11,975 nucleotides of DNA from Methanomicrobiales archaeon (GCA_037137755.1 JBAXJR010000057.1:1-11975); one strand, 5' to 3'. Counted from the stretch's first letter, positions 1-8,350 are shown. Made by a program: numbers and translations. Notes: generated by a model not told the origin, from the sequence alone.

Positions 1-753
1 TGCAAGGATCCGGCCGGTAATATGCTTCGGTGAGAGGACGTACTCTGCACCGGCATGGCGCAGGTACCGGTCAAACGAGAGCTTGTCAACGACGGCGACA
101 ATGTTTCCCCGGGTCATTTCCCTGATACCGAGAATAATTGTTGCTGCCGTGCGCTCGTCTTCGCAAATAATCACGGTGCCTGAGTTTTTTATCCAGATAT
201 TTGACCAGGTCGACTGGTTATTATAGTCCCCCCAGACCGTGTAGACACTTTTCCGGTAGAGCCTGGCTGCCTCCTGGGCAGCTTTTTCATCCTTGTCAAG
301 GATGACAATATCGTTGTCAGATATCATCAGGCTCTCAACAAGGGCCTTTGTCAGCTCCCCGTGTCCTACAATGATAATATGGTTTTTCAGCTCATGAGGT
401 GTCCGCTGGGGGGGTGATGCCCTGAGGATGGCTGTCAGGTACGGGGCGATGAGGAGCGGGACAATCATGAAGATCAGGGTAATCCCCGTGATCATCATTA
501 CGATTGCAAGGAACACCGTGTACTGGTTCTGGAATGGGAGGAGCTCACCGTACCCCACGGTGGTGATCGTTTCCACCACAAAAAGGAGCGATGAGGGCCA
601 GGATATTGGTTTTTGTTCGAGTACAGGGTAGAGGTATTTGAACAATACGGTATATGCCACCATCTGGAGGAAGAACAGGATGAAATAGAGTCCAATTTTT
701 ACTTCCGGTGAACTATGGATCAACCTCCAGAATAATCCCCGCGTGTCACCCAT
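1..753 (-). CDS. Potassium channel protein, 2-TM pore + RCK/TrkA-N domain (MthK/Kch-like), 3'-truncated by the window edge
   Basis: Manual translation of the minus strand from ATG at 753 is open to position 1: MGDTRGLFWRL...IGLYFILFFLQMVAYTVLF (TM1)...SLLFVVETITTVGYGELLP (pore helix + TVGYG filter)...VFLAIVMMITGITLIFMIVPLLI (TM2)...HIIIVGHGELTKALVESL...IVILDKD...VWGD...AGAEYVLSP (RCK). SD-like GAGGTGG lies just upstream. Absent from the ORF track because no stop codon falls in the window. Confidence 0.93.
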   Translation of the reverse strand, partial: MGDTRGLFWRLIHSSPEVKIGLYFILFFLQMVAYTVLFKYLYPVLEQKPISWPSSLLFVVETITTVGYGELLPFQNQYTVFLAIVMMITGITLIFMIVPLLIAPYLTAILRASPPQRTPHELKNHIIIVGHGELTKALVESLMISDNDIVILDKDEKAAQEAARLYRKSVYTVWGDYNNQSTWSNIWIKNSGTVIICEDERTAATIILGIREMTRGNIVAVVDKLSFDRYLRHAGAEYVLSPKHITGRILA

Positions 754-810
754 ACCTGGGACCACCTCTCTCTTCCTGGCGCAGTGGGACACTAGCTGAT
801 GTATCTATTT

Positions 811-1599
811 TCATGAGCACTGGTCCCGGAATTTTTTGACCTGCTCACCAATATTGACCAGTGCATAGGGGACACCCGGGTGCCGGCTGTAAAACCGTGC
901 CAGAATGGTACTGATCGGGTCATCCACATGAATGCCCGTCTCTGGCTGTGTCTCCACGTTATAATCTTCCAGGAAAAGCTGTGTGTACAGCTCCAGTTCC
1001 TTCCCCGGAATATGCATAAAAGGCCTGGTGACCTGCACCCGCCTCCGGGCTTCTGCCGAAGAACCTGTTTCTTGGATTGTCTTCCCTGAAATGGCATTCC
1101 AGAGGACCCATTCCGCATGGTCTTCAAGTGCATATCCCATGACAAGAGCGTCAAACTGAAGTTCTTCTGCCATGAGCGTCAATTGACACTCTGTCGATGA
1201 ATGGGCCATAAAAGGAGACTTATTTGCTGCATCAAACCGGTTATCATGTTGAATTGTTACCTTGTCACCCGGTATTCCAAACCATCGAATTCCAAACGAT
1301 TCTGATATCGCCTTCGCGTTTTCCATCGCTTCCGGATCGTTATTTTTTATCGTTACCGCAACGAGGCTGATATCTTTCCGTTTTCCCGCCAGGGCATGCA
1401 TAAAACCCAGGAGTGCGCAGCTCTTTCGCCCGCCGGATAGTGCAACAGCGTACTGTGTCCCGGGGACAAGCCAGTGGTTCTGCCGCACGGTTTTTTTCGC
1501 TTTATGAAGAAGGTCTTCCTTGAAATGCTGCGGGCACAGGTGCAGGCCGGAATACTCCTGGAAAATAACCCCGGGCTTTCCACATTTACTGCACCCCAT
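811..1599 (-). CDS. NcsA/TtuA/Ctu1-like PP-loop protein with N-terminal Zn finger; catalytic motifs degenerate
   Basis: N-terminal CSKC...YSGLHLCPQHF Zn-finger, VALSGGRKS PP-loop-like motif, LVMGYALED (cf. GHNLDD) and TRPFMHIPGKELELY (cf. RPL...E.E...Y). Start reassigned from 1659 to the ATG at 1599 (MGCSKC), which matches the family N-terminus and removes the overlap with rio2. Confidence 0.8.
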   Translation of the reverse strand: MGCSKCGKPGVIFQEYSGLHLCPQHFKEDLLHKAKKTVRQNHWLVPGTQYAVALSGGRKSCALLGFMHALAGKRKDISLVAVTIKNNDPEAMENAKAISESFGIRWFGIPGDKVTIQHDNRFDAANKSPFMAHSSTECQLTLMAEELQFDALVMGYALEDHAEWVLWNAISGKTIQETGSSAEARRRVQVTRPFMHIPGKELELYTQLFLEDYNVETQPETGIHVDDPISTILARFYSRHPGVPYALVNIGEQVKKFRDQCS

Positions 1600-1601
1600 T
1601 G

Positions 1602-1650
1602 CTGCTACCAGATCAACCTTTATCATCCAAATAGATAAAATGTGTAGCAG
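1602..1650. promoter_or_regulatory. Putative bidirectional promoter with dyad symmetry
   Basis: 53-bp divergent spacer: CTGCTAC (1602-1608) / GTAGCAG (1644-1650) inverted repeat, and TATA-like TTTATC (1619-1624) / GATAAA (1634-1639) on opposite strands. Confidence 0.5.
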
Positions 1651-1652
1651 AG

Positions 1653-2510
1653 ATGGCAATTTCCGGGAACAATATCAGGACACTCCATAAATACGAGGTA
1701 GATATACTTCAGGCACTTGAACGGCTCATGAAAAATTACGAGTGGGTCCCGCTTGAAGTACTGGTACGGGCTGTAGGGCTGGCTGAATCCGAGGTATCGT
1801 TCCGCATCAGCCGGCTGATGGAGAAAGGGATGGTACGGTATAACGCCGTCCCGTACGACGGGTATTCACTGGTTTTTATGGGATATGATGCGCTTGCGCT
1901 CCGGACTCTCACAAAAAAAGGAACGATACAGGCACTTGGGTGCATGATCGGGGTTGGCAAGGAGTCCGTGGTGTATGAAGGAATCGGCCTCGGGTGTGTG
2001 GCACTCAAGCTCCACCATGTGGGGCAGCGGTCTTTCCAGTCGGTCCGCCTCAACCGTGAATATAAACCCGGGCAGACCCATTCTCCATGGATTTTTACCT
2101 CGCGACAGTCCGCAGAACGCGAATACCTTGCCCTCAAGACCCTGCATCCGGGTGTCAAGGTGCCGCTCCCTATTGATCAGAACCGGCATATTGTGGTGAT
2201 GGAGTACATTCCGGGCGTGAATCTCAATAACGCAAGGCTTGAAGAGCCAAAGGAATTCCTTGACGAAATAATCGGCGAGGTTGGGAAGGCGTATAATCTT
2301 GGAATAATTCACGCTGATTTCTCTGAATTCAATATTATGGTCAATGAACGCGGCTGTACCCTGATCGACTGGCCGCAGTGGATGGAGACCGATCACCCGA
2401 ATGCAGATACGATTCTCCGGCGGGACCTCGATAATATCCTCACCTACTTCACGCGGAAGTACCAGTTGTCATACGATATCGAGGACACATTGAGATGCGT
2501 GACCAGCTGA
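1653..2510 (+). CDS. rio2: RIO2-type atypical serine/threonine kinase (SSU ribosome biogenesis)
   Basis: N-terminal winged helix (YEWVPLE...GYSLVFMGYDALAL), P-loop IGVGKESVVY, IIHADFSEFNIMV catalytic loop, LIDWPQ metal-binding loop, LRRDLDNILTYF. Confidence 0.93.
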   Translation: MAISGNNIRTLHKYEVDILQALERLMKNYEWVPLEVLVRAVGLAESEVSFRISRLMEKGMVRYNAVPYDGYSLVFMGYDALALRTLTKKGTIQALGCMIGVGKESVVYEGIGLGCVALKLHHVGQRSFQSVRLNREYKPGQTHSPWIFTSRQSAEREYLALKTLHPGVKVPLPIDQNRHIVVMEYIPGVNLNNARLEEPKEFLDEIIGEVGKAYNLGIIHADFSEFNIMVNERGCTLIDWPQWMETDHPNADTILRRDLDNILTYFTRKYQLSYDIEDTLRCVTS

Positions 2511-4459
2511 AGGTATTCGGGATTGATATCATACGGGGCTCTGTCAGGTCAAAGTCCAGGAGGCCTCTCTATGCACTGGTAAGACTCCAGGGCGACCAGA
2601 TCATTTCCGAGGACGGGGTCTCGTCCTTCCGGCTCTTCCGGATGCTCTCCCAGGAACAACCTGATATCCTTGCCGTTGACAGTCTCCAGGAGATCTCCAC
2701 TGACCAGCACGAGTTATTTGCGTTCATGCAGTCCCTGCCCCCGGCCACACGCCTTGTCCAGGTTACGGGAGGGGACCGGCGGGAGTCACTCATAAAAGTT
2801 GCAAGCCGGTATAATATCAATTTCAACCGGCTCGATCCTTTTGACGAGGCCCGCACCATTGCGAGGGTGGCGTCCCTTGGGGCAGGGGCCGAAGTAATTG
2901 CCTTTGAAAACAGTTCCGACGTAATCGTAACGCGTAACCGGTCCCCTGGGAAAGGCGGTTGGAGCCAGAACCGGTACGTACGGAAGATCCATGGCGGGGT
3001 TTTGCAAAGGGCCCGGGAGATTGAAATGGGTCTCGTTGCTGCCGGCCTTAAATATGAAAAAAAGGAGGTAAAGGCATTTGGTGGGTGCAGCAAGGTATCG
3101 TTCCGGGTATTTGCCCCGCGTGACAAGATACCTGTGTCTACGTACCGCGGGGCCGACGTCCAGGTCCGGATAAGCGGGAGACGCCTGGACCGGATCATGT
3201 TCAGGCCCCTGTCGGCCCGCCCGAAATTTATTATTGTCGGGATGGACCCCGGAACAACTACCGCCATCGCCGCCCTCGACCTTGAGGGAAACCTGCTCCA
3301 CCTGAGCAGTTCCCGCCAGACCTCCCTGTCTGATGTCATTGAATCGCTCTATAAGGTTGGAAAACCGGTTGTGGTAGCAACCGATGTGCGTGATATGCCG
3401 TTTTCCGTTGAAAAGGTCAGGCGTGCATTCAATGCGGTCGCCTATGCACCCCGCCTTGATGTAAGTGTGGATGCGAAAATGGAGTATACGCAACCGTATA
3501 AGTACATGAACGATCACGAACGGGATGCGTTATCCGCCGCTCTTGAAGCATACCGGCACTATAACCACAAGTTTCAGCATATCCTTAAACGCGTACCCCC
3601 GGGTCAGGACCTTGACGAGGTCAGGGCGGGGATGATCCGCGGGCACTCGCTGGAACAGGTGATTGGAGAACTGAAAGTTGTTACCCTTCCCCCAAAAATT
3701 GAAGAACCTGTTGTTCAGGCCGACAGGAAATCTGATGAGCGGGTCAGGGTCCTTGACGGGATGGTGAAACGCCTTCGCACGTTTGTCCAGGAGTTGCAGG
3801 AGGAAGTCAAGGGAAAAGAGCACGAGATTATCAGGTTTCAGGCCCGGATCCGGAAAATCAGGTCACTACATGAGAAAGATATCATAAAAGATGCAGAAAT
3901 AACCAAAAGAGACTTAACGATACAGACGCTTAAAAAGAGGCTCCGCCGTGAAGAACGCTCGAACCGGAACTTAATAAAGAAGATCGAGAGACAGAACAGG
4001 ATTGACGAACTTGATCGTAGTCCCGATTCGATCCCGGTGAAGATGCTTGGCGCTTTTACCAGGGACGCTGTCAGGGCACTCTCTGACGACCCCGGGGTTT
4101 TGGAAGGGGATGTCCTTTACGTGCTCCGGATTGACGGGTGGGGGAGAAGTGTAATCCGTGAGATCGGGGAGATGAGAGTTAAAGCGGTAATCACGGGCCC
4201 GGGTCTCACCTCGCATGCTGACCCCCAGCTCCATGCGGCCTGCATGGAACAGAATATTCCACTTATTGATGGCGGAGAACTACCGATTCTTATCAGGGGA
4301 AAGATTGGTAGTGCCGGAAAATCCGCGTTTGAAATTTCGTTGAAGCATTGGCAGGAGAAGCACCAGGAATATGTGGATGAGCAGAACACAAGGCGAATCG
4401 AGGGGATTTTCCGGGATTACCAGACCGCACGGGGAAAGGAGATGAGGAAGAGTGGATGA
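2495..4459 (+). CDS. DUF460 / COG2433 family protein (RNase H-like folds + long coiled coil)
   Basis: 654 aa; KVFGIDII, ILAVDSLQEI, LVQVTG, GKGGWSQNRYVR, IVGMDPGTTTAIAALDL, VVVATDV, NDHERDALSAAL and a heptad-rich region (VKRLRTFVQELQEEV...LKKRLRREE). Overlaps rio2 by 16 bp. Confidence 0.88.
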   Translation: MRDQLKVFGIDIIRGSVRSKSRRPLYALVRLQGDQIISEDGVSSFRLFRMLSQEQPDILAVDSLQEISTDQHELFAFMQSLPPATRLVQVTGGDRRESLIKVASRYNINFNRLDPFDEARTIARVASLGAGAEVIAFENSSDVIVTRNRSPGKGGWSQNRYVRKIHGGVLQRAREIEMGLVAAGLKYEKKEVKAFGGCSKVSFRVFAPRDKIPVSTYRGADVQVRISGRRLDRIMFRPLSARPKFIIVGMDPGTTTAIAALDLEGNLLHLSSSRQTSLSDVIESLYKVGKPVVVATDVRDMPFSVEKVRRAFNAVAYAPRLDVSVDAKMEYTQPYKYMNDHERDALSAALEAYRHYNHKFQHILKRVPPGQDLDEVRAGMIRGHSLEQVIGELKVVTLPPKIEEPVVQADRKSDERVRVLDGMVKRLRTFVQELQEEVKGKEHEIIRFQARIRKIRSLHEKDIIKDAEITKRDLTIQTLKKRLRREERSNRNLIKKIERQNRIDELDRSPDSIPVKMLGAFTRDAVRALSDDPGVLEGDVLYVLRIDGWGRSVIREIGEMRVKAVITGPGLTSHADPQLHAACMEQNIPLIDGGELPILIRGKIGSAGKSAFEISLKHWQEKHQEYVDEQNTRRIEGIFRDYQTARGKEMRKSG

Positions 4460-5315
4460 ACGGGCACTGTTACAGGAAGTATATACAATCATTGGAAAGG
4501 AGCATTGCCTTGATGATTGCGCGGTAATTCCCTGTGGTGAACAGCTCCTCGTCGCTACAACGGACATGCTCCACGAAACAACCGATTTTCCTGCCGGGAT
4601 GACAGACTGGCAGATCGGGTGGATGAGTGCAGCGGTAACGCTCTCTGATATCGCGTCAATGGGGGCGACGCCTTCAATCCTCCTGTTAGCGGTAGGGCTT
4701 GATGACCCGTCAAGGCTTGGAGAAATTATTCGGGGTGCCAGGGACTGCTGCTCAGAGGCCGGTGGTTACGTTGCCGGTGGCGACATTGACCACCACAAAG
4801 AACTGACAATAGTCAGCAGTGGTATCGGCATGGTAGCCACTGACCATATCGTCCGGCGTTCCGGTGCCAGGGTTGGGGATCTCATCTGTGTAACCGGGGT
4901 CCTTGGACGTGCTCAGGCCGCACTCAACGGGTATCACCAGTATGACAAATCGCTCATGGAGCCCCGGGCAAGGGTCCGCGAAGGTCAACTACTGGGCAGG
5001 ACCGGCGCCACCTCGATGATGGACCTCAGCGACGGGCTTTCTATCTCGCTCTATGACCTGCTCGAGGCCAACTCCTGCGGGTACTCCATTGACCCGGACA
5101 AGATCCCTTCCCCGGCGGGAGTTCCACCTGGTGAGGCAATCCAGCTGGCCCTCTATGGGGGGGGGGATTTTGAGTTGTTATTCACCGTCCCCTGCGACTG
5201 GGAAGCACCTGCTGGTCTTCACTATTCTGTTATTGGACGTGTAATCGGGGACCCGGGTGTCTTTATTGATGGGAATGTGATGGACCGGAAAGGGTACGAG
5301 CATACATGGGGGTAA
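4452..5315 (+). CDS. thiL: Thiamine-monophosphate kinase
   Basis: DDCAVI, TTDMLHETTDFP, LSDIASMGA, AGGD, RSGARVGDLICVTGVLG, MMDLSDGL, GGGDFELLFT and C-terminal KGYEH. GTG start overlapping the DUF460 gene by 8 bp. Confidence 0.95.
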   Translation: MDERALLQEVYTIIGKEHCLDDCAVIPCGEQLLVATTDMLHETTDFPAGMTDWQIGWMSAAVTLSDIASMGATPSILLLAVGLDDPSRLGEIIRGARDCCSEAGGYVAGGDIDHHKELTIVSSGIGMVATDHIVRRSGARVGDLICVTGVLGRAQAALNGYHQYDKSLMEPRARVREGQLLGRTGATSMMDLSDGLSISLYDLLEANSCGYSIDPDKIPSPAGVPPGEAIQLALYGGGDFELLFTVPCDWEAPAGLHYSVIGRVIGDPGVFIDGNVMDRKGYEHTWG

Positions 5316-5451
5316 ATAGAAATGGAACGGGATGAATTCTGGAACTATACACAATAAACCAGATTGGGTTTTTATGAACCCGGTATGTTTCAAATGAATT
5401 TTTCCATTGGGACTCCAGAAAGATCATCTTAACAACTGCTGACCCGTACTG

Positions 5452-7434
5452 TTATCCGGTATAATGGGGCCAATATATCCGTATCGCCTCAATTCTGTCA
5501 TAATAAGCCTCTCGATTATTTGGATCTATACTGAGTGCCTTATCAAACCTTTTAATAGCGGCATCGATATTGCCTTGTTTATATAAGATAAAGCCTTCAT
5601 TTGTCCACCCTATTGCATTGTTTGGATCAATCTGAATGACCTTTTCAAACACTGTCATTGCCTTATCATACTCTTTGTTTCCTATGAGTGCAAGCCCTTT
5701 AAAATTGAGTGAATCCGTGTTATTGGGCTCCTGCGAAATGGCCTTATCATATAACCGTATGGCTCCCGGATAGTTACCCTGGGTGAGCAACATGTAGGCC
5801 TTGTTGTTCAATGCGAGGGTGTTATTTGGGTCGCTGTCTAAAGCACGATCATAGGCAATGATTGCCTCGTCATTCCGTCCCAACTGGAAAAGGGCATAGC
5901 CTTTGTTCATCCATGCAACAGTATTATTCCGCTGCACAATCAGGACTTTGTCATAGGCATGGGCTGATTCTTCTTCACGACCAAGGCTCCAGAGAGCTGA
6001 TACTTTGTAAATCCATGCCATGGTGTTATTCGGATCAGCACCAAGTGCTTGGTCATAGGCCGCAATCGCCTCTTCGTACCTCTTCAGGTTATGGAGGGCA
6101 AACCCCTTGTTGAACCACGTCACACTTGTATTTGGTGTCAGCTTGAGTGCCATCGAAAAAGATTTATTTGCTGATTCAAAATCTCCCCGCCGTGTTTCTG
6201 CGATCCCTTTGTTTGTCCATGCAAGGGTATTTTTCTGGTCAAGACTGATTGCATGGTCTGCCGAGTCGAGGGCGTTCGTAGTATTTCCTAACTGGTTATA
6301 TACACTGGATTTGTATCCCCATGCGATAGAGAGGTTACGATCTATTTTAAGGGCGTTGTCATATGCGACCATTGCCTCATCATATCTTCCTATGGAATTC
6401 AACGCAAACCCCTTGTTGGTCCATGCCACCGTCATATTTGGGGAAAAATTATTAACCATTTCATAAGCTTTGATCGCTTCATTGTACTTTCCGAGGCTGT
6501 TTAATGCAAATCCCTTATTGCTCCAAGCCAGGGTGTTGTTCTGGTCAATATTTAGTGCCCGATCTGCAGACAGATTAGCCTCTTCAAATTTTCCAAGACT
6601 GTTCAATGCATAGGCTCTATAGCCCCAGGATGCTGCATCCGACGGAGAAACTGACAAAGCTCGATCATATGCACCAACTGCTTCGGCATACTTACCTGCA
6701 TTGTTAAAAATAAACCCGACTGAATTCCAAACCTCTGAGTTGTCTGGCTCGGTATTAATCGAATTGTTGTAAGCATTTAAAGCTTCATTATATCTTCCAA
6801 GTCCTTTGAAGATATCCCCTTTAGCCTTCCAGATATCAGCGGGATTTTGGCCTGCTTTCAAAGATTCATCATATACCGAGAAAGCTTCCGGGTTACGTCC
6901 CTGCATCGAAAGGACATCTCCTTTTAACTTATATGCGGAAGAGAGGCCCGGATCGATTAAGATTGCGTTATCATACGCCCCGATGCTTTCATTGAGTCTG
7001 TTTAATGACTTGAAAGAACTCCCTTTTCCCTCTGCAGCAACAGCCATCGTGGGATCTACTGTAAGAGCGTCATCGTAATAAATTAAAGATTCATTGAAAT
7101 TTTTTAGGAACGCCAGTGCATCGCCTTTCCCTTTCAATGCTATGGCACTATTAGGTTTAATCCTCAATGCTGTGTCGAATGAATCTTCAGATTCGGCATA
7201 TCGACCAATTTTAAGAAGGACTTCCGCTTTCCCGGACCAGACGTCAGCATTTCCAGGTTGTTTCATCGTAAGATTTTCATAGATTAAGAGGGATTCATTA
7301 TACCTTCCCTTATCAAAGGCACTCTTAGCCTCTTGTAATTCCAAGGGACCCGAAGAGCCCGGATTGAGAGTACACCCGGAAAATATTGAGGTAATAAAAA
7401 GGGCTATTATAATCAGTGCCCATCCGGATTTCAT
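5452..7434 (-). CDS. Tetratricopeptide-repeat lipoprotein (~18 TPRs)
   Basis: MK + hydrophobic stretch + lipobox-like IFSG|C; 34-aa repeats with consensus AWxNKGxALxxLGRYxEAxxAYDxALxxDPNN; no enzymatic domain is visible. Confidence 0.92.
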   Translation of the reverse strand: MKSGWALIIIALFITSIFSGCTLNPGSSGPLELQEAKSAFDKGRYNESLLIYENLTMKQPGNADVWSGKAEVLLKIGRYAESEDSFDTALRIKPNSAIALKGKGDALAFLKNFNESLIYYDDALTVDPTMAVAAEGKGSSFKSLNRLNESIGAYDNAILIDPGLSSAYKLKGDVLSMQGRNPEAFSVYDESLKAGQNPADIWKAKGDIFKGLGRYNEALNAYNNSINTEPDNSEVWNSVGFIFNNAGKYAEAVGAYDRALSVSPSDAASWGYRAYALNSLGKFEEANLSADRALNIDQNNTLAWSNKGFALNSLGKYNEAIKAYEMVNNFSPNMTVAWTNKGFALNSIGRYDEAMVAYDNALKIDRNLSIAWGYKSSVYNQLGNTTNALDSADHAISLDQKNTLAWTNKGIAETRRGDFESANKSFSMALKLTPNTSVTWFNKGFALHNLKRYEEAIAAYDQALGADPNNTMAWIYKVSALWSLGREEESAHAYDKVLIVQRNNTVAWMNKGYALFQLGRNDEAIIAYDRALDSDPNNTLALNNKAYMLLTQGNYPGAIRLYDKAISQEPNNTDSLNFKGLALIGNKEYDKAMTVFEKVIQIDPNNAIGWTNEGFILYKQGNIDAAIKRFDKALSIDPNNREAYYDRIEAIRIYWPHYTG

Positions 7435-7456
7435 AATAAATTTTACGTTCGAACCC

Positions 7457-7464
7457 TAATAAAG
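7457..7464 (-). promoter_or_regulatory. Putative TATA box of the TPR gene (probably a leaderless transcript)
   Basis: CTTTATTA on the minus strand 23-30 nt upstream of the ATG at 7434; no SD motif in between. Confidence 0.4.
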
Positions 7465-7592
7465 GTAGGTTAACTGACGAAGGACCCTCGCTATTTTTTT
7501 AAAAATTTACGACTCCACTATCAATATCTCTATTCAGAGAAATGTTAATTTCTCAATTGTCGATTAAGATCGTCATGGTACCTGGGTACTCA

Positions 7593-7604
7593 GAAAGTTT
7601 TTAA
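7593..7604 (+). promoter_or_regulatory. Putative BRE/TATA for the 7656 gene
   Basis: GAAAGTTTTTAA about 55 nt upstream of the ATG; GGAGAAG SD-like sequence at about 7639-7645. An alternative TTATAAA lies at 7625-7631. Confidence 0.35.
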
Positions 7605-7655
7605 GGCAGAAAGCTGAAATGTGATTATAAATTCGAATGGAGAAGATAGATAAAA

Positions 7656-8009
7656 ATGAACTCGGTAAAATTAATTGGTTGTTTTGCGGCACTAATTGTA
7701 TTGGCAGCTGTTATTATGCCAGTTTCAGCTTACCCGTATGTCGGGTATAGCCAGGTTGGAAGTACCTATAATGGTAACCAGCTATCTGTGTCATCAGCCT
7801 TGGATTCTTCAATGACAGGCACTAATACACCATATATGGGGTATAAATTCGCTGTGAAAGGTTATGGAACAAAACCTGCACTAGGGGATTTAACCTCCTA
7901 TGCGAACTATAACAGCCAGACATTGGGACAGAAATTCAGCTATTCTGAATCGTCCTCTGTGTCGGGAATTATACACCAGTTCAGCAAAACCATTTCAATC
8001 ACCCTATAA
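7656..8009 (+). CDS. Small secreted beta-rich protein; miniature paralogue of the C-terminal half of the 8438-9250 protein (putative sheath-protein-like family)
   Basis: Signal peptide ending MPVSA|Y; S/T/G/Y-rich; ends FSYSESSSVSGIIHQFSKTISITL, which aligns with the C-termini of the 8438 and 11846 ORFs. Confidence 0.8.
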   Translation: MNSVKLIGCFAALIVLAAVIMPVSAYPYVGYSQVGSTYNGNQLSVSSALDSSMTGTNTPYMGYKFAVKGYGTKPALGDLTSYANYNSQTLGQKFSYSESSSVSGIIHQFSKTISITL

Positions 8010-8014
8010 ACATA

Positions 8015-8020
8015 TTTTTT
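8015..8020 (+). terminator. Oligo-T archaeal terminator candidate
   Basis: T6 run 5 nt after the stop codon of 7656-8009. Confidence 0.35.
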
Positions 8021-8350
8021 CCTCGCTGTTGTAGCGCACGTTGTTTTTGGGATGAGCGGCGTTGCAGTAATGATATTATTACAACCGAAATATAGCGAAA
8101 TTATCCATCTGGTTACAACAACCGGTTATTGTATGCCTTCCTTCAACACCCCCGATCTCTCTCTTGATTCGGTGATCGCAGGGGATACCGTACCGTTTAA
8201 TCTGGGGAATACTATGGGTTATTGGTACCTGGTAAATGAATTACATTAATGAATGACATTATATCCGGAAATAGTATTTTAGGTGGTTATAAAAAGATCT
8301 TAATACGTTTCAATCACGGTTTATTCCCTTAAAAACAAATCATTGGTTAT

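Noticed and set aside
428-695. ORFs 428-631 (+) and 498-695 (-)
   Set aside because: They overlap the K+ channel reading frame, which carries clear family motifs.
1600-1659. 20-codon N-terminal extension of the PP-loop ORF
   Set aside because: It would overlap the rio2 start and cover the divergent promoter; the family begins at the CxxC Zn finger.
1736-2396. Antisense and alternative-frame ORFs within rio2
   Set aside because: Fully nested in a conserved kinase gene; no recognisable features.
2569-3517. Long antisense ORFs (256 aa and 243 aa) opposite the DUF460 gene
   Set aside because: Shadow frames of a well-supported gene; no motifs and atypical composition.
8052-8249. 65-aa ORF between the two sheath-like genes
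   Set aside because: No clear SD, signal peptide or motif, and no similarity to neighbours. It cannot be excluded but is unsupported.
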